A program made the translations under genes and the position numbers. Below the pieces are notes generated by a model. That model was not told the origin of the DNA and searched no databases. It saw only the letters and a program-made list of their open reading frames with translations. From Myxococcota bacterium (lineage in GTDB: Bacteria; Myxococcota_A; UBA796; CAJQPC01): a stretch of DNA of 64,000 nucleotides. The stretch lies in NCBI GenBank assembly GCA_036229005.1, contig JAZAMN010000008.1:32001-96000 (forward strand). The letters are read 5' to 3'. Of the stretch, positions 13,310 to 23,595 are shown piece by piece; position 1 is the stretch's first letter, and every line of letters begins with the position of its first letter.

Positions 13310-14101
13310 TCAGGGGGCGGCCGTACAGTAGGCCTGATGGCAGACCCGCCAGTCGGGGCGGGTGTTCAGGCGGTAGGTGCAGACATCTCGGGCCATGCTC
13401 TCGGTGCCCCAGCACTCCCAGGCGCCGCGCAGGCGGGGGTGCTGCCACATCCAGCTCTGCAGCATCCAGAGCTGCACGCCGTAGGCGCCCTCGGTGTCGT
13501 CGTCGCACTGGTCGTTTTCGTCGGCGGTCTGGTGCTCGCAGGGCACATGGCCCACCCGGGCGTGGCTGGCCTCGTGCACCAGGATGGCCCCGGTCACCAG
13601 GGGGAAGTCGCCCAGGATCCAGGTGGCGGCCCAGTGGTGCTCGGGGAAGGTCACGGTGCCGTCGGAGAAGCTGGCCAGGTGGTCGCTGTCCTCCATGTCC
13701 TCCACGATCCGGGTGTGCTCGATGTGGGCCGAGACCAGGGAGAACCACCCCCAGCCGACGGGGTCTTCGGGGGACACGCCGGAGGCCATCGCGCCATCGA
13801 GCAGCAGCTCCTGGGCGAGCTCAGGGGCGTCGGGGTCCTCCAGGGCCTCCCCCAAGGTCTGGCTGTCGTCGGCCAGCAGGGTGAGCAGGCCGAGCAGGAT
13901 GTGGGCCTCGGTGGTGTTCGCTGCAGGCGGGCTGTACAGCGGCAGGCCGATCCCCTCGGCCAGCGCGCTCCAGCAGTCGGGGGACACCTGGGCCGCGGTC
14001 TCGGCGTAGCTGTTGTAGGGGTCCACTGCGGGCAGCGCCTCTTCGCAGGCGGCCACGGTGCGGGGCAGCGGGTCGCTGCAGGCGAGCATCCAGATCCACA
14101 T
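13310..14101 (-). CDS. lipoprotein with HExxH motif (putative metallopeptidase)
   Basis: MWIWMLAC start; ILVHEASHARVGH motif; several Cys. Confidence 0.6.
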   Translation of the reverse strand: MWIWMLACSDPLPRTVAACEEALPAVDPYNSYAETAAQVSPDCWSALAEGIGLPLYSPPAANTTEAHILLGLLTLLADDSQTLGEALEDPDAPELAQELLLDGAMASGVSPEDPVGWGWFSLVSAHIEHTRIVEDMEDSDHLASFSDGTVTFPEHHWAATWILGDFPLVTGAILVHEASHARVGHVPCEHQTADENDQCDDDTEGAYGVQLWMLQSWMWQHPRLRGAWECWGTESMARDVCTYRLNTRPDWRVCHQAYCTAAP

Positions 14102-14204
14102 GGGTCGATCCCCCGGTCGCTCGCGGGTGCATCCCAGAGCGAGAACACCCTCCAGGTGCGCTGGAGGGTGCTCAGGGATCACTGGGGGACGCGCCCCCGG
14201 GGGC

Positions 14205-16160
14205 TCACTCGCTGAGCTGCTGCCCGTCGGCGTCCAGGATCTCCCCCTCGATGACCACGGGCGCGTCGGCGGTCTCGGTGGGCGCGGCGGGCTCGGGGTG
14301 GGGGGCCTGCTCGGCGCTCACGCCCAGGGCCTGGGCGGCCAGAGCGGAGAGGGTCTGCAGGCGCTGCACCAGGCCGGCGGGGTCACGGACCTCGCCCTCG
14401 ACCAGGCGGGCCTGATCCAGGAGCAGCCAGGCCAGGGGCTCGGCTTCGGAGGCGCGGCCATCCTTGTGGAGCTGGTCCAGGGTGCGCACCAGGTCGTGGC
14501 TGGGGTTGATCTCCAGGATGCGCATGCTGGCGGGCAGCGACTGGTTGAGCTGCTGCATGATGCGCTGCATGTTGTTGCTCACGCCGTACTCGTCGTCCAC
14601 CAGGACGGAGGCGGAGGCGGTCAGGCGCTTGGAGCTGCGCACCTTGGAGACCTCGCCGGCGAGCACCTGCTGGATCCAGGTGGTCAGGTCTTCGGAGACC
14701 TGGGCGGTGGGCTCAGACTGCTCGTCTTCACCCAGGTCCACCTCGCCCCGGGAGATCGAGACGAGCTTCTTGCCCTCGAACTCGGCCAGGGAGGGCAGGG
14801 CCCACTCGTCGACGGTGTCCCAGGAGAGCAGGACCTCGACGCCCTTGCGCTTGAAGGCCTCCAGGTGGGGGCTGCGCTTGACGGAGTCGTGGTCGGGGCC
14901 GACCAGGTAGTAGATCTCGTCCTGATCTTCGCCCATGGCCTCGACGTACTGGGCCAGGCTGACCTGGCCGCTGGGATCGTCGTGGCGGGTGGAGTTGAAG
15001 CGCACCAGGGTGGTCAGGCGCTCCTTGTCCTTGGAGGAGCTGACGTTGTGCAGGCCCTCCTTGAGCACGGCGCCGAAGTTGGCCCACAGGGTCTCGTAGG
15101 TCTCGGGCTGCTTCTTGGCCAGGGACACCAGGTGGCGCAGGACCTTGGAGGTCAGGGCGGACTGGAGCTTGTCCACCACGGCGGTCTGCTGGACCATCTC
15201 GCGGGAGACGTTGAGCTGCAGGTCCTCGGTGTCGACCACGCCGCGCACGAAGCGCAGGTAGTCGGGCACCAGGAAGCTGGCCTGGTCGTCGATCAGCACG
15301 CGGCGCGCGTAGAGCTTGATGTCGCGGCGGCCGTCGGCGTGGTTCAGGTCGTAGGGGGCGGCGGCGGGCAGGAAGAGCAGGGCCTTGTACTGCAGGGGGG
15401 CGTCGGCGCTCCAGTGCAGGTGGCTGGCCGGGTCCTGGAAGTCGCCGGTGAGCTGCTTGTAGAAGGCCTTGTACTCGTCGTCCTCGACCTCGCTGGGGCT
15501 GCGGGTCCACAGGGCCTTGGGCTCGTTGGCCTGCTCCTCGGCGACGAAGATCGGGTAGGACACGAACTCCGAGTAGCGCTTGATGATGTCGCGCAGGCGG
15601 TCCTCGTCAGCGAACTCCTGGGCGTCCTCCCGCAGGTGCAGGATGATGTCGGTGCCGCGGTCCCCGCGCTCGGCGGCGGTCACGGTGTACTCGGTGGAGC
15701 CGTCGCACTCCCAGAGGATGGGGGTGGCGCCGGGCTTGCCGGACAGGGAGCGCACCTGCACGCGGTCGGCGACCATGAACGCGGCGTAGAAGCCCACGCC
15801 GAACTGGCCGATCAGGTTGTGCTCCTGCTCCTTGAGGGCCTGGGCGAAGGCCTTGGTGCCGGAGTGGGCGATGGTGCCCAAGGCGGCGATGGCCTCGTCC
15901 TCGGTCAGGCCCACGCCGTTGTCGGAGAGGGTGATGGTGTTGTTGACGGTGTCCACAGACACGTCGATGCGGGGCTCGCCGGCGGCCGCCTGGAAGCCCT
16001 CCTCCTGGAGGCCGACCACGCGGGCCTTGTCCAGGGCGTCCGAGGCGTTGGAGATCAGCTCCCGAAGGAAGACCTCCCGCTCGGAGTAGAGGGAGTGGAT
16101 GACCAGGTCCAGTAGCTGGCGGACCTCGGCGTCGAAGGTGTGGGTCTTGGTCTCGGACAT
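14205..16160 (-). CDS. htpG: molecular chaperone HtpG (Hsp90)
   Basis: IHSLYSEREVFLRELISNASDALDK, IGQFGVGFY, YLRFVRGVVDTEDLQLNVSRE, ILEINPSH. Confidence 0.98.
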   Translation of the reverse strand: MSETKTHTFDAEVRQLLDLVIHSLYSEREVFLRELISNASDALDKARVVGLQEEGFQAAAGEPRIDVSVDTVNNTITLSDNGVGLTEDEAIAALGTIAHSGTKAFAQALKEQEHNLIGQFGVGFYAAFMVADRVQVRSLSGKPGATPILWECDGSTEYTVTAAERGDRGTDIILHLREDAQEFADEDRLRDIIKRYSEFVSYPIFVAEEQANEPKALWTRSPSEVEDDEYKAFYKQLTGDFQDPASHLHWSADAPLQYKALLFLPAAAPYDLNHADGRRDIKLYARRVLIDDQASFLVPDYLRFVRGVVDTEDLQLNVSREMVQQTAVVDKLQSALTSKVLRHLVSLAKKQPETYETLWANFGAVLKEGLHNVSSSKDKERLTTLVRFNSTRHDDPSGQVSLAQYVEAMGEDQDEIYYLVGPDHDSVKRSPHLEAFKRKGVEVLLSWDTVDEWALPSLAEFEGKKLVSISRGEVDLGEDEQSEPTAQVSEDLTTWIQQVLAGEVSKVRSSKRLTASASVLVDDEYGVSNNMQRIMQQLNQSLPASMRILEINPSHDLVRTLDQLHKDGRASEAEPLAWLLLDQARLVEGEVRDPAGLVQRLQTLSALAAQALGVSAEQAPHPEPAAPTETADAPVVIEGEILDADGQQLSE

Positions 16161-16233
16161 GGGGATCCTCCCGGTTTTCCGGGCAGGTAGACCCCAGGAT
16201 AGGAACGTCAAGCAACCCGGCCCAGGAGACCCC

Positions 16234-16800
16234 GTGCTGCCCGAGCTGATCGCCGCGATGGAGCAGGAGATCCCGGGCTTCCGCATCCGCTTCAAGGAGC
16301 GCTCCCGCCTCCAGCGCCTGCTCGGTCGCCTGCTGCAGCCCCTGAACCCCGACTACCTGCGCGGCTACATCACGGTGCTCGGCCGCACGGTGTGGTGGCC
16401 AAGCCAAGCCGCCCTCCACGCCGATCCCCAGCGCAGCGCCGCCACCCTGCTCCACGAGCGCGTGCACCTCTGGGACTGGCGCGACCACCCCATCTGGTTC
16501 CCGCTCTCCTACGCCCTGGTCTGGCCGGCCTTTCGGACCCAGCGCGCCCACTGGGAGCGCCGCGGCTACTGCGTGGACCTGGTGATCTTGAGCCGGAAGG
16601 GGAGGACCCCGGAGCAGCTCAAGGCCTGGATGCTCACCGTCTTCACCTCCTCGGCCTACGGCTGGATGTGGACGGATCGCCCCGCAGTCGAGGAATGGGT
16701 GGACCGCGTGTTGGCCCAGGGCCTGTCAGCGGAGCTGGACGGGGAGCTGCTCGAGAGCACCCAGCGCTGGGTGGATCGGCTGCTGGAGCCGGGGGCTTAG
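16234..16800 (+). CDS. hypothetical protein with HExxH motif
   Basis: AGGAG RBS before GTG at 16234; LLHERVHLWD..WERRGY. Confidence 0.65.
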   Translation: MLPELIAAMEQEIPGFRIRFKERSRLQRLLGRLLQPLNPDYLRGYITVLGRTVWWPSQAALHADPQRSAATLLHERVHLWDWRDHPIWFPLSYALVWPAFRTQRAHWERRGYCVDLVILSRKGRTPEQLKAWMLTVFTSSAYGWMWTDRPAVEEWVDRVLAQGLSAELDGELLESTQRWVDRLLEPGA

Positions 16801-16807
16801 CAGCCTG

Positions 16808-17050
16808 CTAGGACTCAGGACCCGCCGACCCCGTGGTCCACCCCGCCGCGGCCAAGGCCTCCGGATCGCCCAGCAGCTCCGGGTCCCAGGCGTCCATCAG
16901 CGGCGCCAGGCGTGCGTCCCCAAATGTCCGGCTCCACTCGGGCTCGGTCTGGGTCGGCGCGTTCTTGGCCTTGCGCCTGGCCTTCTGTCTGTCCAGCTTG
17001 GCCTGCCGCCGCCGCGCCTGCTTCTTGTTCTTCCCTGCTCGCTTGGCCAT
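16808..17050 (-). CDS. small basic hypothetical protein
   Basis: MAKRAGKNKKQARRRQAKLDRQKARRK..; GGGGGA RBS-like sequence; may be a gene remnant. Confidence 0.4.
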   Translation of the reverse strand: MAKRAGKNKKQARRRQAKLDRQKARRKAKNAPTQTEPEWSRTFGDARLAPLMDAWDPELLGDPEALAAAGWTTGSAGPES

Positions 17051-17221
17051 GGGGTCCCCCTGGGTTGAGCCCGCAGCATAGGCAAGGCCCCAAAGCTCAG
17101 GGAAGAAAAGGGCGATCCAGCGCGCAAATCGTTCCCCAACATCCAGGATCAACGCCAGCTTACAGAAAATCGATCCCACCACAAGCGAGGTCACCCGCAG
17201 CGCAACCGAGCCCCGGGGGGC

Positions 17222-17839
17222 TCAGGGTTCAGGCCCCCGGAGCAGGCCCTCCAGCACGGCCTCGCCCATGCCCGGCGCGATGCTCGCCCAGTCCCGCTCG
17301 GGGCAGAGGGCGATCATGCGCAGCAGGCCCCCCAGCCAGGCGGTCAGGGCCAGGCTCGCACCCTCGACGTCCAGGTCGGCGGGGAGTTGGCCCCGCGCCA
17401 CGGCCAGGCGCATCAGCTCCTTCTCGTGGAAGTGCACCTTGTCGGCGTTGTCCCGGAGGCGGTCCAGGATGTCGGAGCCCTCGGTGGCCTCGACCCGCAG
17501 AAAGAGCACGCTGAGCAGCTTCTGCCGCTGGGGGTCGGTGGTGTTGGCGTGGGTGATCCGCGCCACCCAGGCCCGCAGGGTGCCCAGAGGGTCTTCGGCG
17601 CCCTCCTCGCGCATCTGCTCCAGCACCTCGGCCGGGAAGAGGTAGCGATCACAGAGGGCGTTGAACAGATCCGCCTTGTTGCGGAAGTGGCCGTAGATCG
17701 CACCCCGCGTCATGCCGGCCCGCTCAGCCACCTTGGTGAGACTGGGGCGGGCCACGCCCTCCTCCGCGAACACCTCCAGGGCGGCGTCCAGGAGGCTTTC
17801 GCGGGTCTGAAGAGCTTGTTCGGGGGTGCAACGTGCCAT
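17222..17839 (-). CDS. TetR/AcrR-family transcriptional regulator
   Basis: LLDAALEVFAEEG..SLTKVAERAGMTRGAIYGHFRNKADLF HTH; divergent from RND operon. Confidence 0.95.
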   Translation of the reverse strand: MARCTPEQALQTRESLLDAALEVFAEEGVARPSLTKVAERAGMTRGAIYGHFRNKADLFNALCDRYLFPAEVLEQMREEGAEDPLGTLRAWVARITHANTTDPQRQKLLSVLFLRVEATEGSDILDRLRDNADKVHFHEKELMRLAVARGQLPADLDVEGASLALTAWLGGLLRMIALCPERDWASIAPGMGEAVLEGLLRGPEP

Positions 17840-17865
17840 GGGCGGACGCCTACTCTATCAGATAC

Positions 17866-17883
17866 ATTCATACATGCATGAAT
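17866..17883. promoter_or_regulatory. putative TetR operator palindrome
   Basis: ATTCATACATGCATGAAT near-perfect palindrome in the AT-rich gap between tetR and the efflux operon. Confidence 0.7.
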
Positions 17884-17903
17884 AAAAGAGGCCTCCTCCA
17901 AGG

Positions 17904-19022
17904 CTGCTGACGCTCCTCGCCCTTGGCTGCGCCCCCGATCCCGCCCCCGCCGAGCGCCCCCCACCCCAGGTGGGTGTGCTCCACGCCCAGACCGAATCCC
18001 TGCCCGTCCAGCTCGAGCTGCCCGGCCGCGTCGAGGCCGTCCGCACCGCCCAGGTGCGCGCGCGCGTGACCGGCGTGGTGCTGGAGCGCAGCTTTGAAGA
18101 GGGCGAGTGGGTGGAGCAGGGCCAGGTGCTCTACCGCATCGACCCCGCCCCCATGCAGGCCGCGCTGGCACAGGCCAAGGCCCAGGTCTCCGTGGCCCAG
18201 GCCAACCTGCAGCTCGCCCAGAGCACCGCCCAGCGCCTGGAGCCCCTGGCGGGCACCAAGGCCGTGAGCGCCCAGACCCTGGATGACGCCCGGGCCGCCG
18301 AGGCCCAGGCCCGCGCCAGCCTGGAGCTCGCCAAGGCCCAGGCCCAGTCGGCGGCGCTGGATCTGCAGTACGCCACCGTGCGCGCGCCCATCTCCGGGCG
18401 CATCGGGCGGGGCCTGGTCACTGAGGGTGCCCTCGTCAGCGCCGGGGAGCTCACCCCCATGGCGAGCATCGTGCAGCTCGATCCGGTGTACGTGAACCTG
18501 TCGGTGCCCGTGGCGGAGCTGCGGGCACTGCGCGCCCAGTCCGGCACCTCCCTGGAGCAGGAGCAGGGCGCTCAGGTCACCCTCTCCGACGGCGACTGGC
18601 AGTACGCCCACACCGGCAGCCTGCTGTTCACCGACGTGAGCGTGGACCCCCAGACCGGCAGCACGCTGATCCGCGCCAGCTTCCCCAACCCCGACGCGGA
18701 GCTGCTCCCGGGCATGTTCGTGCGCGGCTCGGTCCAGGGGCAGCGCAAGGAGCTCGCGGTCTCCCTGCCCGAGGAGGTCATCCAGCGCTCCGGCGGCGAG
18801 TCCAGCGTGATCGTGGTGCAGGACGGCGTCGCCAAGCAGCGCAGCGTCCAGGTGCGCCGCACGGTCGGCACCCAGGTGGTGGTCCAGGGCCTGGAGTCCG
18901 GGGACGCCGTGGTGACCGACGGCTTCCAGAAGCTCACGGTGGGGCAGCCCGTCACCGCCGTCGAGGTCCAGGCCCAGGCCGAAGCCCCCCAGACGCCCAC
19001 CGTGGCGCAGGCGGAGGAGTAG
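17904..19022 (+). CDS. RND efflux periplasmic adaptor (AcrA/MexA-like); start uncertain
   Basis: ELPGRVEAVRTAQVRARVTG, VRAPISGRIG, FPNPDAELLPGMFV; in-frame LLTLLALGC lipobox from 17904 but no in-frame ATG. Confidence 0.9.
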   Translation: MLTLLALGCAPDPAPAERPPPQVGVLHAQTESLPVQLELPGRVEAVRTAQVRARVTGVVLERSFEEGEWVEQGQVLYRIDPAPMQAALAQAKAQVSVAQANLQLAQSTAQRLEPLAGTKAVSAQTLDDARAAEAQARASLELAKAQAQSAALDLQYATVRAPISGRIGRGLVTEGALVSAGELTPMASIVQLDPVYVNLSVPVAELRALRAQSGTSLEQEQGAQVTLSDGDWQYAHTGSLLFTDVSVDPQTGSTLIRASFPNPDAELLPGMFVRGSVQGQRKELAVSLPEEVIQRSGGESSVIVVQDGVAKQRSVQVRRTVGTQVVVQGLESGDAVVTDGFQKLTVGQPVTAVEVQAQAEAPQTPTVAQAEE

Positions 19023-22000
19023 ATGTCCCAGTTCTTCGCCAAGCGGCCCGTCTTCGCGTGGGTCGTGGCCATCTTCCTGGCCCTGGGTGGCCTGCTGGCG
19101 CTCTTTGAGCTGCCCGTCGCCCAGTACCCCACCGTGGCCCCGCCCACGGTCAACGTCTCCGCGACCTGGCCCGGCGCCTCCGCGGAGCTCATCGACGAGT
19201 CGGTGACCTCGGTGATCGAGCAGGAGCTCAACAGCGCCGAGAACATGCTCTACATGGAGAGCCAGAGCCAGGCGGGGCAGGCGCAGATCAGCGTCTCCTT
19301 CCAGCCCGGCACCGACCCCCAGCTCGCCACCGTCGACGTGCAGAACCTGATCAAGCGGGTCGAGGCCAAGCTGCCCGCCGCCGTGCAGTCCCAGGGCGTG
19401 CAGGTCACCCGCTCCAGCTCCTCCTTCCTGCTCATCGCCTCGCTGGTCTCCGCCGACGGCAGCATGAGCTCGGTCGAGCTGGGCGACTACATCAACCGCA
19501 GCGTGGCCAACGAGCTGCGCCGGGTCAACGGCGTCGGCGAGGTGCTGGTCTTCGGCACCGAGCACGCCATGCGCGTGTGGCTGGAGCCCGAGCGCCTGGT
19601 GGCCCACGACCTGACCGCCGCCGAGGTCAGCGCCGCCATCGCCGCCCAGAACCTCACCGTCTCCGCCGGCACCGTGGGCGCCCGCCCCCTGACCCCCGAG
19701 CAGCAGCTCTACGCGGACATCAACGTCCAGGGCCAGCTCGGCAGCGTCGAGGAGTTCAAGGACATCGTCGTGCGCGCCAACAGCGACGGCTCCCTGGTGC
19801 GCCTGGGGGATGTCGCCCGGGTCGAGCTGGGCGGCCAGAGCTACGCGACCACCGCCCGCACCAACGGCCAGCCCTCCGCCGCGATGGGCGTGCGCCTGTC
19901 GCCCACCGCCAACGCCCTCGCCACCGCCACCGCCGTCAAGGATCGCCTGGACGAGCTCTCCTACGGCTTCCCGGACGGCGTGGAGATCGTGCTGCCCTTC
20001 GACTCCTCGACCTTCATCGAGATCTCCATCGAGTCGGTGCTGCACACCCTGCTCGAGGCGATGGTCCTGGTGTTCCTGGTGATGTTCATCTTCCTCCAGA
20101 ACCTCCGGGCCACCCTCATCCCCACCATCGTGGTCCCCGTGGCCCTGCTGGGCTCGCTGCTGGTGCTCTACGCGCTGGGCTACTCCATCAACGTGCTCAC
20201 CATGTTCGGCATGGTGCTCGCCATCGGCATCCTGGTCGACGACGCCATCGTGGTCGTCGAGAACGTCGAGCGCATCATGGCCGAGGAGCACCTCTCCCCC
20301 CTGGCCGCCACCCAGAAGGCCATGGGTCAGATCCAGGGCGCCATCGTCGGCATCACCCTGGTGCTCGTGGTCGTGTTCCTGCCCATGGGCCTCTTCGGCG
20401 GCGCGGTGGGCGTGATCTACCGCCAGTTCTCCGTGACCATGGCCAGCTCCATCCTCTTCTCGGCGCTGCTGGCCCTCACCCTCACCCCGGCCCTGTGCGC
20501 CACCCTCCTCAAGCCCCACGACCCCGACGCGGAGAAGAAGGGCCTGTTCGCCTGGTTCGACCGCGTCGTGGAGCGCAGCACCGAGGGCTACGTGTCCTGG
20601 ACCGCCCGCTTCGTCCGGCGCCTGGGCCCGTCGATGGCCGTCTACCTGGGGCTCACCCTCCTGGCCGGCCTGGGCTACTCCCTGCTGCCTGGCGGGTTCC
20701 TGCCGGATGAGGATCAGGGCAGCGTGCAGACCCTGGTCCAACTCCCCTCCGGCGCGACCGGCAACCGCACCCAGGAGGTCGTGGGCGCCATCGAGGACAC
20801 GCTGGCCCAGCAGGACGGCGTCCGCGACTACCTGACCGTCCAGGGCTTCTCCCACATGGGCCGCGGCCAGAACGCCGCCATGGCCTTCACCCAGCTCGAA
20901 GACTGGGACGAGCGCGAGCTCTCCGCCCAGCAGATCGTCGGCTCCCTGAACGCGCAGCTCTCGCAGCTCCGCGACGCCCAGGCCTTCGCGGTCAACCCCC
21001 CGGCCATCCGGGGCATGGGCAACAGCAACGGCTTCGCGTTCCGCCTGGAGGACCGCAGCGGCCTGGGCCACGAGGCCCTGATCGACGCCCGCAACCAGCT
21101 CCTGGGCATGGCCGCCGAGTCCCCCGTGCTCGCCGGGGTGCGCCCCGAGGGCCTGGAGGACGCCGCCCGCCTGGAGCTGGACATCGACCGCGAGAAGGTC
21201 GTGGCGATGGGGGTCGACTACTCCGACATCTCCCGCGCCCTGAGCATCTCCGTCGGCTCCTCGTACATCGGCGACTTCCCCCGCGCGGGCCGGCAGCAGC
21301 AGGTGATCCTGCAGGCCGACGCCCCCGCCCGCATGCACGCCGAGGACCTCTCGGAGATCTACGTGCGCAACGACGCCGGCGCCCTGGTGTCCCTGGCCGA
21401 GCTGAGCACCCTGAGCTGGGGCAGCGGCCCCATCCAGCTCACCCGCTACAACGGCTACTCGGCGGTCAAGCTCACCGGGCAGCCCGCCGAGGGATACTCC
21501 ACCGGCGAGGCCATGGCCGAGATGGAGCGCCTGGCCGACCAGCTCCCCACCGGGTTCGGCTACGAGTGGACCGGGCAGTCCCTGCAGGAGGCCACCTCCT
21601 CCAACCAGGCGCCCATGCTCTTCGCCCTCTCGCTGCTGGTGGTCTTCCTGTGCCTGGCGGCCCTCTACGAGAGCTGGTCCATCCCCACCGCGGTGCTCCT
21701 GGTCGTCCCCCTGGGCGTGCTGGGCACCGTGATGGCCACCGGCCTGCGCGGCCTGAGCGATGACGTGTACTTCAAGGTGGGCCTGATCGCCGTGATCGGC
21801 CTGTCCGCCAAGAACGCCATCCTGATCGTGGAGTTCGCCAAGGACCTGCAGGAGCAGGGCATGGGACTCATCCAGTCCGCGATCGAGGCCGCCCGCCTGC
21901 GCTTCCGCCCCATCGTGATGACCTCCCTGGCCTTCTCGCTGGGGGTGGTGCCCCTGGTGATCTCCAGCGGCGCCGGCTCCGCCAGCCAGCGGGCCATCGG

Positions 22001-22148
22001 CACCGCGGTGTTCGGCGGCATGGTCGTGGGCAGCGTGCTCGCGGTCTTCCTGGTCCCCGTCTTCTACGTGGTGGTGCGCCGCATCGCGCCCCTGCAGGAG
22101 CCCACCCCCACCGCCTCCCCCGAGCTCACGGAGGGCGCCCATGCTTAG
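19023..22148 (+). CDS. RND efflux permease (AcrB/MexB-like)
   Basis: FFAKRPVFAWVVAI, GILVDDAIVVVENVER, GLSAKNAILIVEFA, RFRPIVMTSLAF. Confidence 0.97.
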   Translation: MSQFFAKRPVFAWVVAIFLALGGLLALFELPVAQYPTVAPPTVNVSATWPGASAELIDESVTSVIEQELNSAENMLYMESQSQAGQAQISVSFQPGTDPQLATVDVQNLIKRVEAKLPAAVQSQGVQVTRSSSSFLLIASLVSADGSMSSVELGDYINRSVANELRRVNGVGEVLVFGTEHAMRVWLEPERLVAHDLTAAEVSAAIAAQNLTVSAGTVGARPLTPEQQLYADINVQGQLGSVEEFKDIVVRANSDGSLVRLGDVARVELGGQSYATTARTNGQPSAAMGVRLSPTANALATATAVKDRLDELSYGFPDGVEIVLPFDSSTFIEISIESVLHTLLEAMVLVFLVMFIFLQNLRATLIPTIVVPVALLGSLLVLYALGYSINVLTMFGMVLAIGILVDDAIVVVENVERIMAEEHLSPLAATQKAMGQIQGAIVGITLVLVVVFLPMGLFGGAVGVIYRQFSVTMASSILFSALLALTLTPALCATLLKPHDPDAEKKGLFAWFDRVVERSTEGYVSWTARFVRRLGPSMAVYLGLTLLAGLGYSLLPGGFLPDEDQGSVQTLVQLPSGATGNRTQEVVGAIEDTLAQQDGVRDYLTVQGFSHMGRGQNAAMAFTQLEDWDERELSAQQIVGSLNAQLSQLRDAQAFAVNPPAIRGMGNSNGFAFRLEDRSGLGHEALIDARNQLLGMAAESPVLAGVRPEGLEDAARLELDIDREKVVAMGVDYSDISRALSISVGSSYIGDFPRAGRQQQVILQADAPARMHAEDLSEIYVRNDAGALVSLAELSTLSWGSGPIQLTRYNGYSAVKLTGQPAEGYSTGEAMAEMERLADQLPTGFGYEWTGQSLQEATSSNQAPMLFALSLLVVFLCLAALYESWSIPTAVLLVVPLGVLGTVMATGLRGLSDDVYFKVGLIAVIGLSAKNAILIVEFAKDLQEQGMGLIQSAIEAARLRFRPIVMTSLAFSLGVVPLVISSGAGSASQRAIGTAVFGGMVVGSVLAVFLVPVFYVVVRRIAPLQEPTPTASPELTEGAHA

Positions 22149-23547
22149 CGCGCTGTTGGGCCTGGCCTGCCTGGCCCCCAAGTACACCCCCCCCGCCGCC
22201 CCGGTGCCCACCGACTTCCCCCAGCAGGTGCAGGCCCAGAACGCCCAGGACCTGCCCCCCTGGCAAGAGGCCTTCACCGACCCCGAGCTGCAGGGCCTGA
22301 TCCAGACCGCCCTGGACAACAACCGCAGCCTGCGGACCACCCTGCTCAGCGTCGAGCAGGCCCGGGTGCAGCTCCGCCTGTCCTCCTCCGCGCTGGCGCC
22401 TCAGTTGGGGCTGGAGGCCGGCTTCACCTCGGTGGGGACGCCGGCCTCGGTGTCTGCTTTTGGAGAGGGCTACCAGGTGAACCAGTACCGCGCGGGGCCC
22501 ACCGTCTCGTGGCAGATGGACCTGTTCGGCCAGCAGCGCTACGCGCGGCGGGCCTCGGCTGTGGAGCTCTCGGCCGCCGGCGAGGACTGGCGTGCTGCGC
22601 GCATCTCGCTGATCGCCCAGGTGGCCAGCGCCGCCTTGCAGGAGCGGGTGCTGCTGCAGGAGCAGGCGCTGGCGGCGCAGGCTCTGGCTGACCGCCAGGA
22701 GTACGCCGAGCTGGTGCGCGTGAAGGTGGAGGCGGGCCTGGCCTCGGAGCTGGACCTGCACCAGGCCAACGCGCTGGTCTCCAGCGCCCAGGTCACCCAC
22801 GCCCAGCTCGAGCGCGGCGCCGCCCAGGCCCACAACGCGCTGGTGCTGCTGGTGGGCGCCCCCGTGGCCCCGCTGGAGGCCCTGGACCGGCCGGCCCAGG
22901 AGCTGGTACGCACCACCCTGGACCCCGGCCTGCCCTCGGAGCTGCTGCTCTCCCGGCCCGATCTGCGGGCCGCCGAGCAGCGCCTGATCGCGGCCCACGC
23001 CAACATCGGCGCGGCCCGGGCGGCCTTCTTCCCCAGCATCTCGCTGACCGGCGGGGTGAACTCCGCCTCGGCGTCGCTGGGGGGGCTCTTCCAGCAGGAC
23101 ACCCTGGCCTGGAGCTTCACGGGGCCCACGGTCTCTCTGCCCATCTTCGATCTGGGCGCCCGCCGGGCCAACCTGCGGGGCTCCAAGGTGGCCCGCGAGC
23201 AGGCGCTGGCCTCCTACGAGGCGACCATCCAGACCGCCTTCCGGGAGGTCGCGGACGTGCTGGTGGCCTGGCCCACCTACGAGGCCCAGGTGGCCGCGCA
23301 GCAGGAGCTGGCCCAGACCCAGAGCCTGCGGGTGGACCTGGCCGAGCAGCGCTACGAGGGCGGCGTCTCCGACTACCTGGAGGTGCTGGACGCCGAGCGC
23401 GAGCGCCTCACCGCCGAGCTCGCCCTGCGGGAGGCCGATCTGGCCCAGGCCCAGCTCGCCGTGAGCTGGTTCTTGGTGTTGGGTGGCGGCGCGGAGTCCG
23501 AGGTCGGGATCCCGGAGTGGGAGTCGGTGCGCAGCGAGCAGCCCTGA
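22141..23547 (+). CDS. RND efflux outer-membrane factor (OprM/NodT-like)
   Basis: Lipobox LGLAC, PGLPSELLLSRPDLRAAEQRLIAAHANIGAARAAFFPSISLTG, YLEVLDAER. Confidence 0.95.
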   Translation: MLSALLGLACLAPKYTPPAAPVPTDFPQQVQAQNAQDLPPWQEAFTDPELQGLIQTALDNNRSLRTTLLSVEQARVQLRLSSSALAPQLGLEAGFTSVGTPASVSAFGEGYQVNQYRAGPTVSWQMDLFGQQRYARRASAVELSAAGEDWRAARISLIAQVASAALQERVLLQEQALAAQALADRQEYAELVRVKVEAGLASELDLHQANALVSSAQVTHAQLERGAAQAHNALVLLVGAPVAPLEALDRPAQELVRTTLDPGLPSELLLSRPDLRAAEQRLIAAHANIGAARAAFFPSISLTGGVNSASASLGGLFQQDTLAWSFTGPTVSLPIFDLGARRANLRGSKVAREQALASYEATIQTAFREVADVLVAWPTYEAQVAAQQELAQTQSLRVDLAEQRYEGGVSDYLEVLDAERERLTAELALREADLAQAQLAVSWFLVLGGGAESEVGIPEWESVRSEQP

Positions 23548-23553
23548 AGGAGG

Positions 23554-23587
23554 GAACCCGGCGAGCGTTGTCCATCTCGCCGGGTTC
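23554..23587. terminator. 12-bp hairpin between convergent transcription units
   Basis: GAACCCGGCGAG-N10-CTCGCCGGGTTC; no U-tract, so terminator function is unproven. Confidence 0.55.
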
Positions 23588-23595
23588 GGGGGGCG

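Noticed and set aside
17051..17221. Lower-GC patch as possible sRNA or mobile element end
   Set aside because: No convincing hairpin, repeat or terminal inverted repeat found by eye; probably promoter or remnant sequence.
17868..22340. Very long antisense ORFs (e.g. 1490 aa here, 1404 aa at 47479-51693, 1043 aa at 39981-43112)
   Set aside because: Shadow frames of real high-GC genes on the opposite strand; no motifs.
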